Assembly (NCBI RefSeq): GCF_006345805.1
Contig: NC_043013.1
Coordinates: 42,222,001-42,286,000 of the forward strand
Origin: Octopus sinensis
Lineage: Eukaryota
Reading direction: 5' to 3'
Length of the DNA: 64,000 nt
The position numbers were made by a program, and so were the translations under genes. The notes beneath the pieces are model-generated. The model had not been told where the DNA came from and did not search any database. It saw nothing but the letters and a program-made list of their open reading frames with translations. This document shows, piece after piece, positions 26,329 through 39,092 of this stretch (positions are counted from its first letter, which is position 1; each line of letters begins with the position of its first letter).

Positions 26329-28582
26329 GAATGCTGACAACAATGACTTGTATTTGTCTTATGTGTTCATCATTTGTTCGTTTTTTTCTGTTCATGACAG
26401 TATCATGTCTTATTTGATGTGCTCTTATTTCTAGCATGTCAACCGACCATGTAGAAGCTTTCCTTGTTACTCTCTCTTTTTTACTCTTTTACTTGTTTCA
26501 GTCATGTGACTGACCATGCTGTAGCACCGCCTTTAGTCGAGCAAATCAACCCCAGGACTTATTCTTTGTTAGCCTAGTACTTATTGTATTGGTCTCTTTT
26601 GCCAAACCTCTAAGTTACAGGGACGTAAACACACCAGCATCGGTTGTCAAGCGATGTTGGGGGGACAAATACAGACACACAAGCATATACACACACGGCG
26701 TACATACACTTTGTTCTCTTATATGTAAGTACATATATATGTATGTATATATATATATATATACACCATGGGCTTCTTTCAGTTTCCGTCTACCAAATCC
26801 ACTCACAAGGCTTTGGTCGGCCATAGGCTATGATAGAAGAAACTTGCCCAAGGTGCCACACAGTGGGACTGAACTCGGAACCATGTGGCTGGTAAGCAAG
26901 CTACATACTAGACAGCCACTCCTACACCTATGTTAGTTCACGATGACATTGATAATAATCATTAGTAGCAATTTATCTTTATCATTAGTGTTAGTGACGG
27001 TGGTTGTAGTGTGGATTATTATAAGGATTAACTTAATTCTATGAAGATGGTGGTGGTGGTGATGGCGGTGGTGGCAGCGGCGGAGTAGTAGTAGGTGTAG
27101 TAGTAGTAGTAGTAGTATAAAGTTAACTATTAGTGGTAATGATAGTGAAGAGAATGGGGATTATTGGCAGCAGTGATGATGAAGATGATATGATTACAAT
27201 GAGGATTATCATGCTGATGGTGGTGATGATGATAATGATGGCAATCACGATGATGATGATGATGATGACTATCATGGTGAGGATGATTACGATGAAGATT
27301 ATGATGTTGATGGTTATCATGATGATGTTGAAGAGGATGATGAATATGATGATGATTACATTATGTTGATGGTAATGCTGATGATGATAATGATGGTTAT
27401 CATGCTGCCGATGACACCCACCCCCCATCAAACTTCCCCCCCTCTGTAAAACAAGACCTCTGTTTTTCTCTATAACATCTATAACAACAGATCTATTTTC
27501 TTTCCGAGACAACCTCCACCACCTCCACCACCAACATCACACTGACCCTCCACCAACACCCTCATTCAACTGCTGCCACCACCACCACCACCACCAACAC
27601 CCCTGCTGTCACCGTCACCACCTTCTTCCTAAGATACAATGCAAAGTTATTTATCTTTCTCTCGCTGTCCATGAGGGACATGTCCACATGTATTTGCTAG
27701 GGGTCACCCTAACTCACACACCCACTCACTGCCACACACACACACACACACCCCGCTTCTCTCCTAAGAACAGTGACATTCTTTCTGATGGCCTCTGCAT
27801 GTTAATAGGGTGGTGGTGGTAGTGGTCGTGCATATTTGCATGTGTGGTGTAATGGTGAAGGTGCTTGCAATTTTGGCTGTACAGATGATGGTGGTGGTGG
27901 TGGTGGTGATGTTGGTGCTAGTTGTGTGTTTATGATTGTGAGATGGGTGGGCAGCTGGGTGATACTGTTTATGAAAGCAGAGTAGTGTCAGTGGTGGTGG
28001 TGGTGAGTGTGTTTATGGATGGGGCGGGGGGGGTGATGGTATACTTTATGAATGTAGTGGTGCTGGTTGTTAATTTGGTGGTGATGCAGCAAGGGGTGGA
28101 AGGGCAGGGACATGTTTACATATGTGGGAGGAGGGGTAGGGTCATTGGATGATAGTGATAGTGTTGTTAGTAGCTTTTGTGAATGTGGGTTGTTACTGTC
28201 AGTAGTGGTGGTGGTGGTGGTTGTGATGATGATGGTGGTGGTGGTGATAGAGTGATGATAGTGGTGGTGTTGTTTTTGTGACTGTGGATTGTTATTAGTG
28301 GTGGTAGTGGTGATGATGGTGATGGTAGTAGAAGTATTGTGGGTGGTGGTGGCGGCGGCGGCGGTGGCAGTGATGGTATAGGCTGTGGATGGTGGCAACA
28401 GTGGTGTTGGGGGTGATGGTGGTTACTTTCCTCATTGTGCCATGTGTCAACTTGCTTATCTCCTCCATGTTATAGACTTCCTCTTTAGCTCTCCTTACAT
28501 TAACTATTGGTAGAATTAGCCATTGTCAATGATTTATTGAGTGGGATGTGAGAACAACAACAACAAGAACAACGATAATAAT

Positions 28583-28619
<37 letters not shown>

Positions 28620-28727
28620 GTGGTGGTGACTGGGGTGATGGAGTGACAGCAACAGTGAGGAGCAAAGGCTGTGTTCTGATAAATGACAGAGCTTGCACCA
28701 ATACAAGTATATGTGTATTTGTAAACG

Positions 28728-28865
28728 CTATATATATATATATAATATATATATATATATATACATACATGTATGTATGTATGTACACACACACATAGTC
28801 CCTGTAGATTCACCAAGAAGCAATAAATTACAATATATAAATGTAATGTGTGTGTTTGAATTGCA

Positions 28866-28896
<31 letters not shown>

Positions 28897-28923
28897 GTGT
28901 ATGTGTGTATGTATGTATGTACG

Positions 28924-28983
<60 letters not shown>

Positions 28984-29296
28984 CGTATATATATATATGT
29001 GTGTGTGTGTGTGTACGTATATATATATATATTATATATATATAAAACATTATTGGTGAATTGAAGAAATGGAGCTGAACGCAGATTGAACAGAAATCGT
29101 TTTATTTCATTCTACACGTGTTTCGAAAGGCACTGCTGTTTTACTGCTGTGATTTTTGCTACTAAGGTATCGGTTAAACTTTTGATTAATCTACTACAAG
29201 ATTATTCATCTTTCTATTTCACATAATATATATTATATATATATATAATATATATATATATGTTTGTATATATGTATGTATGTATGTATGTATATT

Positions 29297-29338
<42 letters not shown>

Positions 29339-29544
29339 GTATGTGTATATATTTATGTATGTATGTATGTATATATATTTATGTTTGTATATATATTTAT
29401 GAATGTATATATATATATTTATGTATGTATATATATTTGTGTGTATGTGTATATATATATATGTATTTATGTATATTTATGTATGTATGTAATATATATA
29501 TATATATTTATGTATATGTATTCATATATGTATGTATGTATTTA

Positions 29545-29587
<43 letters not shown>

Positions 29588-29590
29588 AAG
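28728..29590. repeat. Compound (TA)/(TG)/(TATG) microsatellite field; similar at 24330-24665, 40215-40385, 41060-41590 and 48190-48450
   Basis: Direct inspection. Confidence 0.9.
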
Positions 29591-29613
29591 GGTGAAAAGG
29601 AACACACGAGTTG

Positions 29614-29732
29614 ATATATATGAAAAAACAAGTAAAAAATAGAAAATGCTAAAATAATTTTATAGTGAACATTATACTGAAATGTTCACTATAAAATTAT
29701 TTTAGCATTTTCTATTTTTTACTTGTTTTTTC

Positions 29733-29740
<8 letters not shown>
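29614..29740. repeat. Perfect 60-bp inverted repeat with 7-nt spacer
   Basis: 29614-29673 is the exact reverse complement of 29681-29740. Embedded in TA microsatellite. Confidence 0.95.
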
Positions 29741-29773
<33 letters not shown>

Positions 29774-30970
29774 TGTGCATACACGTTGTGATTATCTGTA
29801 TACTCTCATACACACACACACACATTTGTATGTGATTATGAAAATATTTTTTCCTGTCAGGCCAACAAAGATACCTTCATGTTTTCCTATAGTTTAGTTG
29901 TCAACATATCTAAATAAGTGGATGTGTATGTGTTCGTCCATGTGTGGTGTGTGTGTGTGTGTGTGTGTGTACGTGCATGCATTTTAAATAAGTTTTTCTG
30001 CATGTAAGTATACGTGAGTCTATGATGAGGATGTGCATGGTCCTGTGGTTTGGGTGCTGCACTCCTGATCATAAGATTACAGTTTCAATTCCTGGAGCAG
30101 GTAATGTGTTGTGTTGTTGAGCAAAAACACTTTCATCTGATGTTGTTCCCCAATCACTTCGACACCTGATGTGTGGCACACTGTGCACCGGTTCTGGTGA
30201 GCTGGCAGAAACGTTGGCACGCCAGGCGAAATGCGTAGCCGTATTTCGTCTACCGTTACGTTCTGAGTTCAAATTAAGTACCAGTTACGCACTGGGGTTG
30301 ATATAACCGACTTAATCCGTCTTTCTGTCCTTGTTTGTCTCCTCTGTGTTTAGCTCCTTCTGGGTAGTAAAGAAATAGGTTCTGGCGACGCTGATTTGAT
30401 GGAGGGAGTGTGCTAATGCACAGCATAAACATTTGGTCTATACAAACGAATCATCTGTGCATGTTGTGGTGCAAGAAGTTGCACCACCATCTTTCCTGGA
30501 TTACCATCATACATCATATTTGTCTCTAGATATTTATGTAAATGCATGTGTAAGTGTGGTGTCAATAGCTCAGTGGTTAGAGCATTGGGCTCGCAATCAT
30601 GAGGGTAGCGAGTTCAATTCCTGGACAGGGCTGTGTATTGTGTTCTTGAGCAAGACACTTTTTTTCATGTTGCTTCAGTTCACTAAGCTGTAGAAATGTA
30701 TTGTGATGTCACTGGTGCCAAGGTGTATCAACCTTTGGCTTTCCCTTAAATAACATTGCTGGTGTGAAGATGCATGGGATGGTATGCATGGGTGACTGGT
30801 GGTCTTCTACAAACAACCTTGTGCCCCAGATGGGAACTTTTTAAGTGCAATCCCATGGATATTCATGACTGAAAGGGTTTTTTTTACTGTTACCCTTTAT
30901 ACACCACACACACACACACACATGTAGTGCATATAATTTTTAGTTCTGTCCCTATTATGTCCCTCTACAC

Positions 30971-31188
30971 CAGTGCTTTTCAAACTTTTTGCTGGAGCGG
31001 AACCCCAAGTAAACATTCCACTGGCTCGAGGAACCCCTGTGCAATTATTTAATAGTCATATGCACACATATCTGCACAGGAGAATTAAAAATTACTGCCG
31101 ATTTTAGCAGTTTTGTAACTTCTTGCAGAACCCCTGGACTGTACTGGCGGAACCTAAGGTTCCGCAGAACCCTCGTTGAAAACCACTG
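30971..31188. mobile_element. hAT-type MITE
   Basis: TIRs cagtgcttttcaa / ttgaaaaccactg. Perfect 8-bp TSD ctctacac at 30963-30970 and 31189-31196. Confidence 0.92.
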
Positions 31189-34100
31189 CTCTACACTCTG
31201 TGTTTGACTTTCTTCCTTGGTAGAATGATAAAAAGATTGAAAGAATAAATACCAAATTCCCAGTCATCAATGATGATAATGATATAGAACAAGCTTTCAC
31301 ACAGTTTCCATTTCCCAAATTCACTCACAAAGGTTACTGGTCAGCCCAGGGCTATTTTAAAAAGCACTTGCCTGAAGTGCCACTGCGCAGTGAGACTGAA
31401 CCTGAAACCACGTGGCTGCAAATCCAGCTTCTTAACTTTTACTTATCTATTTATGGTTAACTACGAACCTCTAAATTAATTATCAGTTCCCAGCGGGTGT
31501 TCATTGTGCTGCTGTAATTAAGTTCATTCATTCAGTCATTCATTCATGTAATGAAGTAGTCCAGTTGATCTATCAGGCTTGTACGACATATGCTCACTTT
31601 GGGGCGCTAAAAAAAAGAGAAATCCTAAATGTCACAAACTCGGTGAAATGTCACCTGAAGAAGCGCCAGCATGGTGAGGTGGTGGTGGTGGAGGTGGGGT
31701 GATAGGTCGGAAGCAAGGGATGAGGGTCGGTTGGATGTTTTAGCTAATGATTGCTATATAAACAGTGAACTCTTATGCAGGGAAATCTATACACATGCAC
31801 ACACACACACACATATATATATAAATTCTATGTTGAAAATATGTGGCTCAACAATACAAACATGATACACACAAACACACACACACACACTTGTATATGT
31901 GTATGTATGCATATGTATATAATATATATATATATATATATACACACACAAATATTCATGTGTATATATATGTACACACACAAATATTCGTGTGTGTATA
32001 TATATATACCAGGCCACTGGTATTTATAGAGTATTAAACACTTCCAGTATGCAAATTAAGGATCCTTCATAGAGTAACTGCTGCATTTGTTAAGTATATA
32101 AGCAGTTTGGCTGCTTGTTTCTCTGGAGATTGTCAGAATGATGTGGACGCCCCTGATGGGAACCCAATAAGGTTTGAAAATTGATTAAAGTTGTTTATCA
32201 TTTTCTCAGTCTGTGGAGAAATGACTAAAATTTGCCGTTTATAATTACATCATATGTTGCGTGTGTATATATATATATATATATGTGTGTGTGTATCTAT
32301 CTATGTCTGTCTCCCACCACCATTTGACAACTGGTGTTGGTTTGTTTGCAGCTACATAACTTAGCAGTTTGGCAAAAGAGACTGATAGCATAAGTACTAG
32401 GCTTTAAAAAAATAAGTTTGACTAAAACCCTTCAAGGTAGTGCTCCAGAACGGCCTTTGTCAAATGACTGTAACAAATAAAAGAATAACATTTTTTTAAT
32501 TGTTTTTTACAAGAATAGTATAATATGCAGTGTATTTTTAGCATTTTTCTTTAAGATTACAGGGTGTGACATGAGGGATTTTTTACTGTTATTTCTAGTA
32601 GGCCATGCGACCATGCAGAGGCATACTCTGTTATTAGGGTTGTTTTAGATTCTGGTAATATGATGATACACCAAGTAAATATTACAACAATTGACAATAG
32701 CTATCCCCAACAGAAACTGAATCCCTTTGAAATATCCATTTCAGAAGAGGAAATCATTATTATATAAAACCATTGTCAACTCTCCTAACATACTTGTGTA
32801 TGTGTGCACACGCACACACACTTACAAACTGACAGATATGAACTCTTTGTCTGTGAAGCCAGGAACGATTTCTTCACAGAGATATATAGCTATCATCATC
32901 GTTGTCATCATCGTTTAACATCTGCTTTCCATGCTGGCATGGGTTGGATGGTTTGACTGAGGGTTGGCGAGCCAGAAGGCTGCACCAGGCCATCTGCACA
33001 ATCCCATCTGGTAGAGTTTCTACAGTTGGATGCCCTTCCTAATGCCAACCACTCGGAGAGTGTAGTGGGTGCTTTTACGTGCCACCAGCACAAGGGCCAG
33101 TCAGGCAGTACTGGCATCAGCCACGCTCAGATGGGGCTTTTTATGTGCCACTCGCACAGGAGCCAGTCAGGCAGAGCTAGCAATGACCACGATTATATAT
33201 ATATATATATATATATGGGAAGAGAGAGTGAGGGATGAAAAATGCTCTGTCATTAAGAAGTCATTATTTACACTTGATGGATATTTATCCACCTTGTTTG
33301 TTGTTAACACAACGTTTCATCTGATATACCCTCCAGCCTTCATATCACATTCTAGTGTTGAAAAAAGAAAAATATGGAAGAACTATTGACTAATGGTACA
33401 GATATGGTTGTGGGGTAAAATGTTTGCTTCCCAACCACATGGTTTCAGGTTCAGTCTTAATGCATGGCACCTATGGAAAGTGTCTTCTACTTCAATCTTG
33501 AGTCAACCAGAGCTTTCCGAGTGGATTTGGTAGGTGGAAACTGAAAGAAACCCATCATCATCATCGTTTAACGTCTGCTTTCCATGCTAGCATGAGTTGG
33601 ATGATTTGACTGAGGACAGAGGCTGCACCAGGCTCCAATCTGATCTGGCAAAGTTTTTACAGCTAGATGCCCTTCCTAATGCCAACTACTCCGAGAGTGT
33701 AGTGGGTGCTTTTACGTGACACCATCACGAGGGCTAGTCAGGTGGTTCTAGCAAAGGCCACACTCAAATGGTGCTTTTTTACATGCTACCTGCACGGGAG
33801 CCAGTCCGGCGGCACTTGCAATGACCACACTCGAATGTTATTTTACACGTGCCACCAGCACATGTGCCAGTATGGTGACTCTGGCAACGATCACGCATGA
33901 ATGGTGCCTTTCATATGCCACCGGCACGGGAGCCAATCTGTGGTCTTGGCAACGATCACGCTTAGATGTGCTTTTAACATTCCACTGGCATGAGTGCCAA
34001 TCAGGCGGTACTGTCATCAGCTATGTCAGCAATTTTGATTTGTTTATATAAATATATATATATTGTATGTGTGTGTATATGTATGCATATATTTATGTAT

Positions 34101-34630
34101 ATATGGATATGCATGTGTGAATATATGTATGTATATATATGGATATATATGTATATGTTTATATATCCGTATGTATATTTATGTGTGACCATGCCTGTAC
34201 ACTTGTGCATGATTTCTTATTTCCCTTTGTGTTCTCTGGTTGTAAACAATGGCCGTGCTCTCCTTTTTGCTGTCTTCCACAAAAGCACATCCAGTCTTAA
34301 TGGGCTGTGCTTTCATTACACAATTTTTGCAAACAAAAATGGTTTATTTATATTCGTATTGCATCAGCTGTTTCCAAGTTTTCCATGTCACCATGTCCAG
34401 GCTGTTTGTAATTCAACAGATTATGACCTTGAATCGAAACAAGTGTGGCGGGGATGGAGATGTTGACATCAAGAAGGGCAACGTGCTGTTGAAAATTCTG
34501 TCCCAATATCCTCTCACCTGACACATGAACACCTGGGGAAATGGACATTAAAATGATGATGATAACAATAACAATGATATGATGATGATGGTGGTGGTGG
34601 CAACACTGATGATGATGATAATGACAATTG

Positions 34631-34666
<36 letters not shown>

Positions 34667-34889
34667 ATTAATCAATATAGGGGCACAAAAATTTTGTAGA
34701 ATTTTTTTGCCACCAGCGGCCTAGTGGGAAAAAATTAAATAGTCAAAGACCATTTTTAAGTTCAACATCAACATCAAGGAACGGCCATAATAGGCCATTC
34801 ACCCACTAGAAATAACAGCCAAGCTTCAACCGCAAATAAAAATCAATTCCGTAAACCAGGAGAAAATTTAAAAAACATTTACCCTGTAA

Positions 34890-34992
34890 TTTCTTATACG
34901 ATGCACCGTTTCATCTGCTGTTTAATGGTAAACTAACCTGATTAAATTAAATCAAGCCAATCTTCCATAGGCCCTCATTCTTCAGTAAGAAA
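34890..34992 (-). ncRNA. Hammerhead ribozyme, array unit 1 (2-nt deletion in stem II)
   Basis: + strand reads ctcattcttcag versus ctcagattcttcag. Core, stem I and stem III are intact. Confidence 0.6.
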
Positions 34993-35376
34993 TAGCCAAG
35001 TCGGAACAGATATTTTCACGAGGCATTTCCGACCCTGCCAAGGCAATATCTGACCTAAAATTTTCAAATCATCGCACTCGCGCCAAATTTATCGGCAGCA
35101 AATAAATATAAGCCGTCGATTCCATTACGGAATTAACCAGAAAATTCATAATTAATCAATATAGGGTGGCACAAAAATTTTGTGGAATTTTTTTGCCACC
35201 AGCGGCCTAGTGGGAAAAAATTAAATAGTCAAAGACCATTTTTAAGTTCAACATCAACAATCAAGGAACGGCCATAATAGGCCATTCACCCACTAGAAAT
35301 AACAGCCAAAGCTTCAACCGCAAATAAAAATCAATTCCGTAAACCAGGAAAAATTTAAAAAACATTTACCCTGTAA

Positions 35377-35480
35377 TTTCTTATACGATGCACCGTTTCA
35401 TCTGCTGTTTAATGGTAAACTAACCTGATTAAATTAAATCGAGCCAATCTTCCATAGGCCCTCAGATCTTCAGTAAGAAA
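35377..35480 (-). ncRNA. Hammerhead ribozyme, array unit 2 (1-nt deletion at the core/stem II junction)
   Basis: + strand reads cagatcttcag versus cagattcttcag in intact copies; core and stems otherwise the same. The difference may be sequencing error. Confidence 0.65.
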
Positions 35481-35862
35481 TAGCCAAGTCGGAACAGATA
35501 TTTTCACGAGGCATTTCCGACCCTGCCAAGCAATCTGACCTAAAATTTTCAAATCATCGCACTCGCGCCAAATTTATCGGCAGCAAATAAATATAAGCCG
35601 TCGATTCCATTACGGAATTAACCAGAAAATTCATAATTAATCATATAGGTGGGGCACAAAAATTTTGTAGAATTTTTTTGCCACCAGCGGCCTAGTGGGA
35701 AAAAATTAAATAGTCAAAGACCATTTTTAAGTTCAACACACAACAATCAAGAACGGCCATAATAGGCCATTCACCCACTAGAAATAACAGCCAAAGCTTC
35801 AACCGCAAATAAAAATCAATTCCGTAAACCAGGAGAAAATTTAAAAAACATTTACCCTGTAA

Positions 35863-35966
35863 TTTCTTATACGATGCACCGTTTCATCTGCTGTTTAATG
35901 GTAAACTAACCTGATTAAATTAAATCAAGCCATCTTCCATAGGCCCTCAGATTCTTCAGTAAGAAA
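35863..35966 (-). ncRNA. Type I hammerhead ribozyme (intact, array unit 3)
   Basis: Reverse complement of the 36324-36428 motif with all core nucleotides and stems present. Confidence 0.82.
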
Positions 35967-36323
35967 TAGCCAAGTCGGAACAGATATTTTCACGAGGCAT
36001 TTCCGACCCTGCCAAGGCAATATCTGACCTAAATTTTCAAATCATCGCACTCGCGCCAAATTTATCGGCAGCAAATAAATATAAGCCGTCGATTCCATTT
36101 TTTCCCCTAGGTGGCCCTGGTGGCAAAAAAATTCTACAAAATTTTTGTGCCACCCTATATTGATTAATTATGAATTTTCTGGTTAATTCCGTAATGGAAT
36201 CGACGGCTTATATTTATTTGCTGCCGATAAATTGGCGCGAGTGCGATGATTTGAAATTTTAGGTCAGATATTGCCTTGGCAGGGTCGGAAATGCCTCGTG
36301 AAAAATCTGTTCCGACTTGGCTA

Positions 36324-36428
36324 TTTCTTACTGAAGAATCTGAGGGCCTATGGAAGATTGGCTTGATTTAATTTAATCAGGTTAGTTTACCATTAAACAG
36401 CAGATGAAACGGTGCATCGTATAAGAAA
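36324..36428 (+). ncRNA. Type I hammerhead ribozyme (intact)
   Basis: Stem I UUUCUUA/UAAGAAA; core CUGAAGA at 36331-36337; stem II AUCUG/CAGAU enclosing 58 nt; GAAA at 36406-36409; near-palindromic stem III CGGUGCAUCG; GUA triplet, with cleavage predicted after 36421. Confidence 0.85.
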
Positions 36429-37094
36429 TTACAGATGTTTTTTTAATTTTCTCCTGGTTTACGGAATTGATTTTTATTTGCGGTTGAAGCTTGGCTGTTA
36501 TTTCTAGTGGGTGAATGGCCTATTATGGCCGTTCCTTGATTGTTGATATATATATATATATATTTATATTATTCTTTACTTTCTCTAAGTTAAAGAAATT
36601 TCAGATATGTTTTTCACAGAAATTTTAAACAACAACTGCAACACCATCTTCATCATTGTTGTTTATATCTAATAAAAATGGCTTCTTCTTTCTTCAGCAT
36701 AGAAACATCAGTAGGTTTCATTTACAAAGGGTTAAGACATAAACAACCATTGAATTAGAAATTCTTCGGTTATATATTTATTTTTCTTGAACAATATTCC
36801 ATCTAGAGAGACTGCAGCTAAAACAATAACTCTTGAAATCCTAACACTCATAAGAAAAGTATTATGTGACAGATAAATATTTGTTCATATAATGATATCC
36901 ATTAAGTAAAAAAAAACTTAAAAAACACATTTTTTAAAACTACATGTGGGGTCTGAAGTACTATTAATTTGAAGTGATACTATTGTGTTTTGTACAAGAA
37001 AGGAGAAAATATAAAAATGGAAGGGAGAAAACAATTTAGGAAAATGACTCTCTGAATGGTTTCTATCTTCTGGTTCTCTTCCTATACATATATA

Positions 37095-37141
<47 letters not shown>

Positions 37142-37158
37142 GTATATATGTGTGTGTG

Positions 37159-37202
<44 letters not shown>

Positions 37203-37748
37203 ATAATCATCGACATCCTTTAACATCCCTTTTTCCCAACTGGTATACATACATATGCACAGACACAAGCAGACACGCACATATAAACATACGTGTGCAT
37301 ATATTTATACATACATAAACGTGTGTGGATGTGTGTGTGTGTATACATAGTGAAATTCAATGACTGAATAACTAAATAACATTAGCTCGTACAAAACAAT
37401 TGAGGCTGATTTGTGGATATATACATGTGTTTATATGTGTGGCAATACATAGCTATGTATGTATACATATATATGTGCACTTACACACATGCACACACAC
37501 ATGTATATAGTATATACATGCATGTATGTATTGGTGCAGTTAGTATATATACTTGGTAATTGAACAAATCCTCTAGAGGCAGAGATAAATTTTATAAATC
37601 TAGAATTTATTGTATGGTACTTGATAAACCTGTATTTGTGTGTGCTATTCATGTGTTTCTCTCTAAACACTCTGAACTATATCTCTGAGCTCATTTATTG
37701 CTTTAATATTATATATCAATACATAGTTATCTGAGTACATATGCATGT

Positions 37749-37779
<31 letters not shown>

Positions 37780-37846
37780 ATATATATACATACCAGAGTA
37801 AGCACATAAATGCGAAACAAGGTGGAAAAAATACTCCTTGAATACT

Positions 37847-38000
37847 TTTATTAAAAAGCAGCACAAATATCGCAAAACTGTTACTCAGAGTTTCACATTC
37901 CCATTCGTTGGGCAGTTTTGTTTAGACAAAACTGTCTGACCAGCATGAACGTGAAACTCTGAGTAACAGTTTTGCGATATTTGTGCTGCTTTTTAATAAA
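37847..38000. mobile_element. Inverted pair of pLTR-like fragments, each with a decayed hammerhead
   Basis: ~75-bp arms forming a palindrome. The + arm reads AAAACUGU-CUGACCA-GCAUGAACGU-GAAA-CUCUGAG-UA-ACAGUUUU; the - arm core is CCAACGA. Followed by (TA)n. Confidence 0.7.
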
Positions 38001-38002
38001 GC

Positions 38003-38048
<46 letters not shown>

Positions 38049-39058
38049 CCTCCTTCTCTCCTTCCTTCCTGAGTGTCCAATAATACTATATTTGTTCCAC
38101 GTCCTCGCATTGTTGTGTTTTCTCTGTGTTTTCATGTTTGGATTAACTATATATATATATATATGAATATATGTGTGTGTGTGTGTACATATATACAATA
38201 GGTGTGGTTGTGGTTCTTTGTGCACTCACACTGCATGGTACCTCCAAGAAGTGTCTATTACTACAGCCTTGGATTGATCAAAGCCTTGTAAGTGGATCTG
38301 GTAGATGGAAACTGAAAAAAGCCCATTTGTGCCTATGTTTGTTACTCACTTTCTATAGAAAGACAAAATAGACAAAACAAAACAGGAAAAGACACATGGG
38401 ATGGAGAGTTGCTCAAGAGGTCACAGTTCATATGACAAAAGACATAAAATACGAACAATAATAAGATAAGTCTGAAGTGAAAAACGTATACATTCATCAT
38501 CATCATCATCATCATCATCGTTTAGCGTCCGTTTTCCATGCTAGCATGGGTTGGACGGTTCTACTGGGGTCTGTGAAGCCAGAAGGCTTCATCAGGCCCA
38601 GTCAAATCTGGCAGTGTTTCTACAGCTGGATGCCCTTCCTAACGCCAACCACTCCGTGAGTGTAGTGGGTGCTTTTACGTGCCACCCGCACTGGTGCCAG
38701 ACAGAGCTGGCAAACGGCCACGAACGGATGGTGCTTTTTATGTGCCACCGGCACGAGGGCCAGGTGAGGCTGGCAATGGACACGAAACGGGGCGGTGCTG
38801 GCAACGGTCACGAAACGGAAAGTTCTCTTACATGCCACCGGCACTGGTAACACATCTGCAATTTCCATTGATCGATTTCGATTCTCACTTGCCTCAACGG
38901 GTCTTCACAAGCAGAGTTTCGACATGCCACCGGCACTGGTAGCACATCCGCAATTTCCATTGATCGATTTCGATTCTGATCCTCACTTGCCTCAACACGT
39001 CTGCGTGTGTATATTTGGCAAAAGACAAAAAATGACTATCCCAAAATATAACAAATTG

Positions 39059-39092
<34 letters not shown>

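Larger units (their letters stand above)
34664..36547. mobile_element. ~485-bp non-coding tandem array (about 3 units) plus one inverted, circularly permuted unit; retrozyme or Penelope pLTR-like
   Basis: Units start at 34664, 35148 and 35633 (ataattaatc...). Orientation switches at ~36098. Flanked by (TA)n on both sides. No ORF of 60 aa or more. Each unit contains a hammerhead motif. Confidence 0.85.

Noticed and set aside
34664-36100. CRISPR-like or purely artefactual array
   Set aside because: The units are ~485 bp with no unique spacers, in a eukaryote. Indel differences suggest read errors, so the copy number is uncertain, but an independent copy at 46474 shows the element is real.
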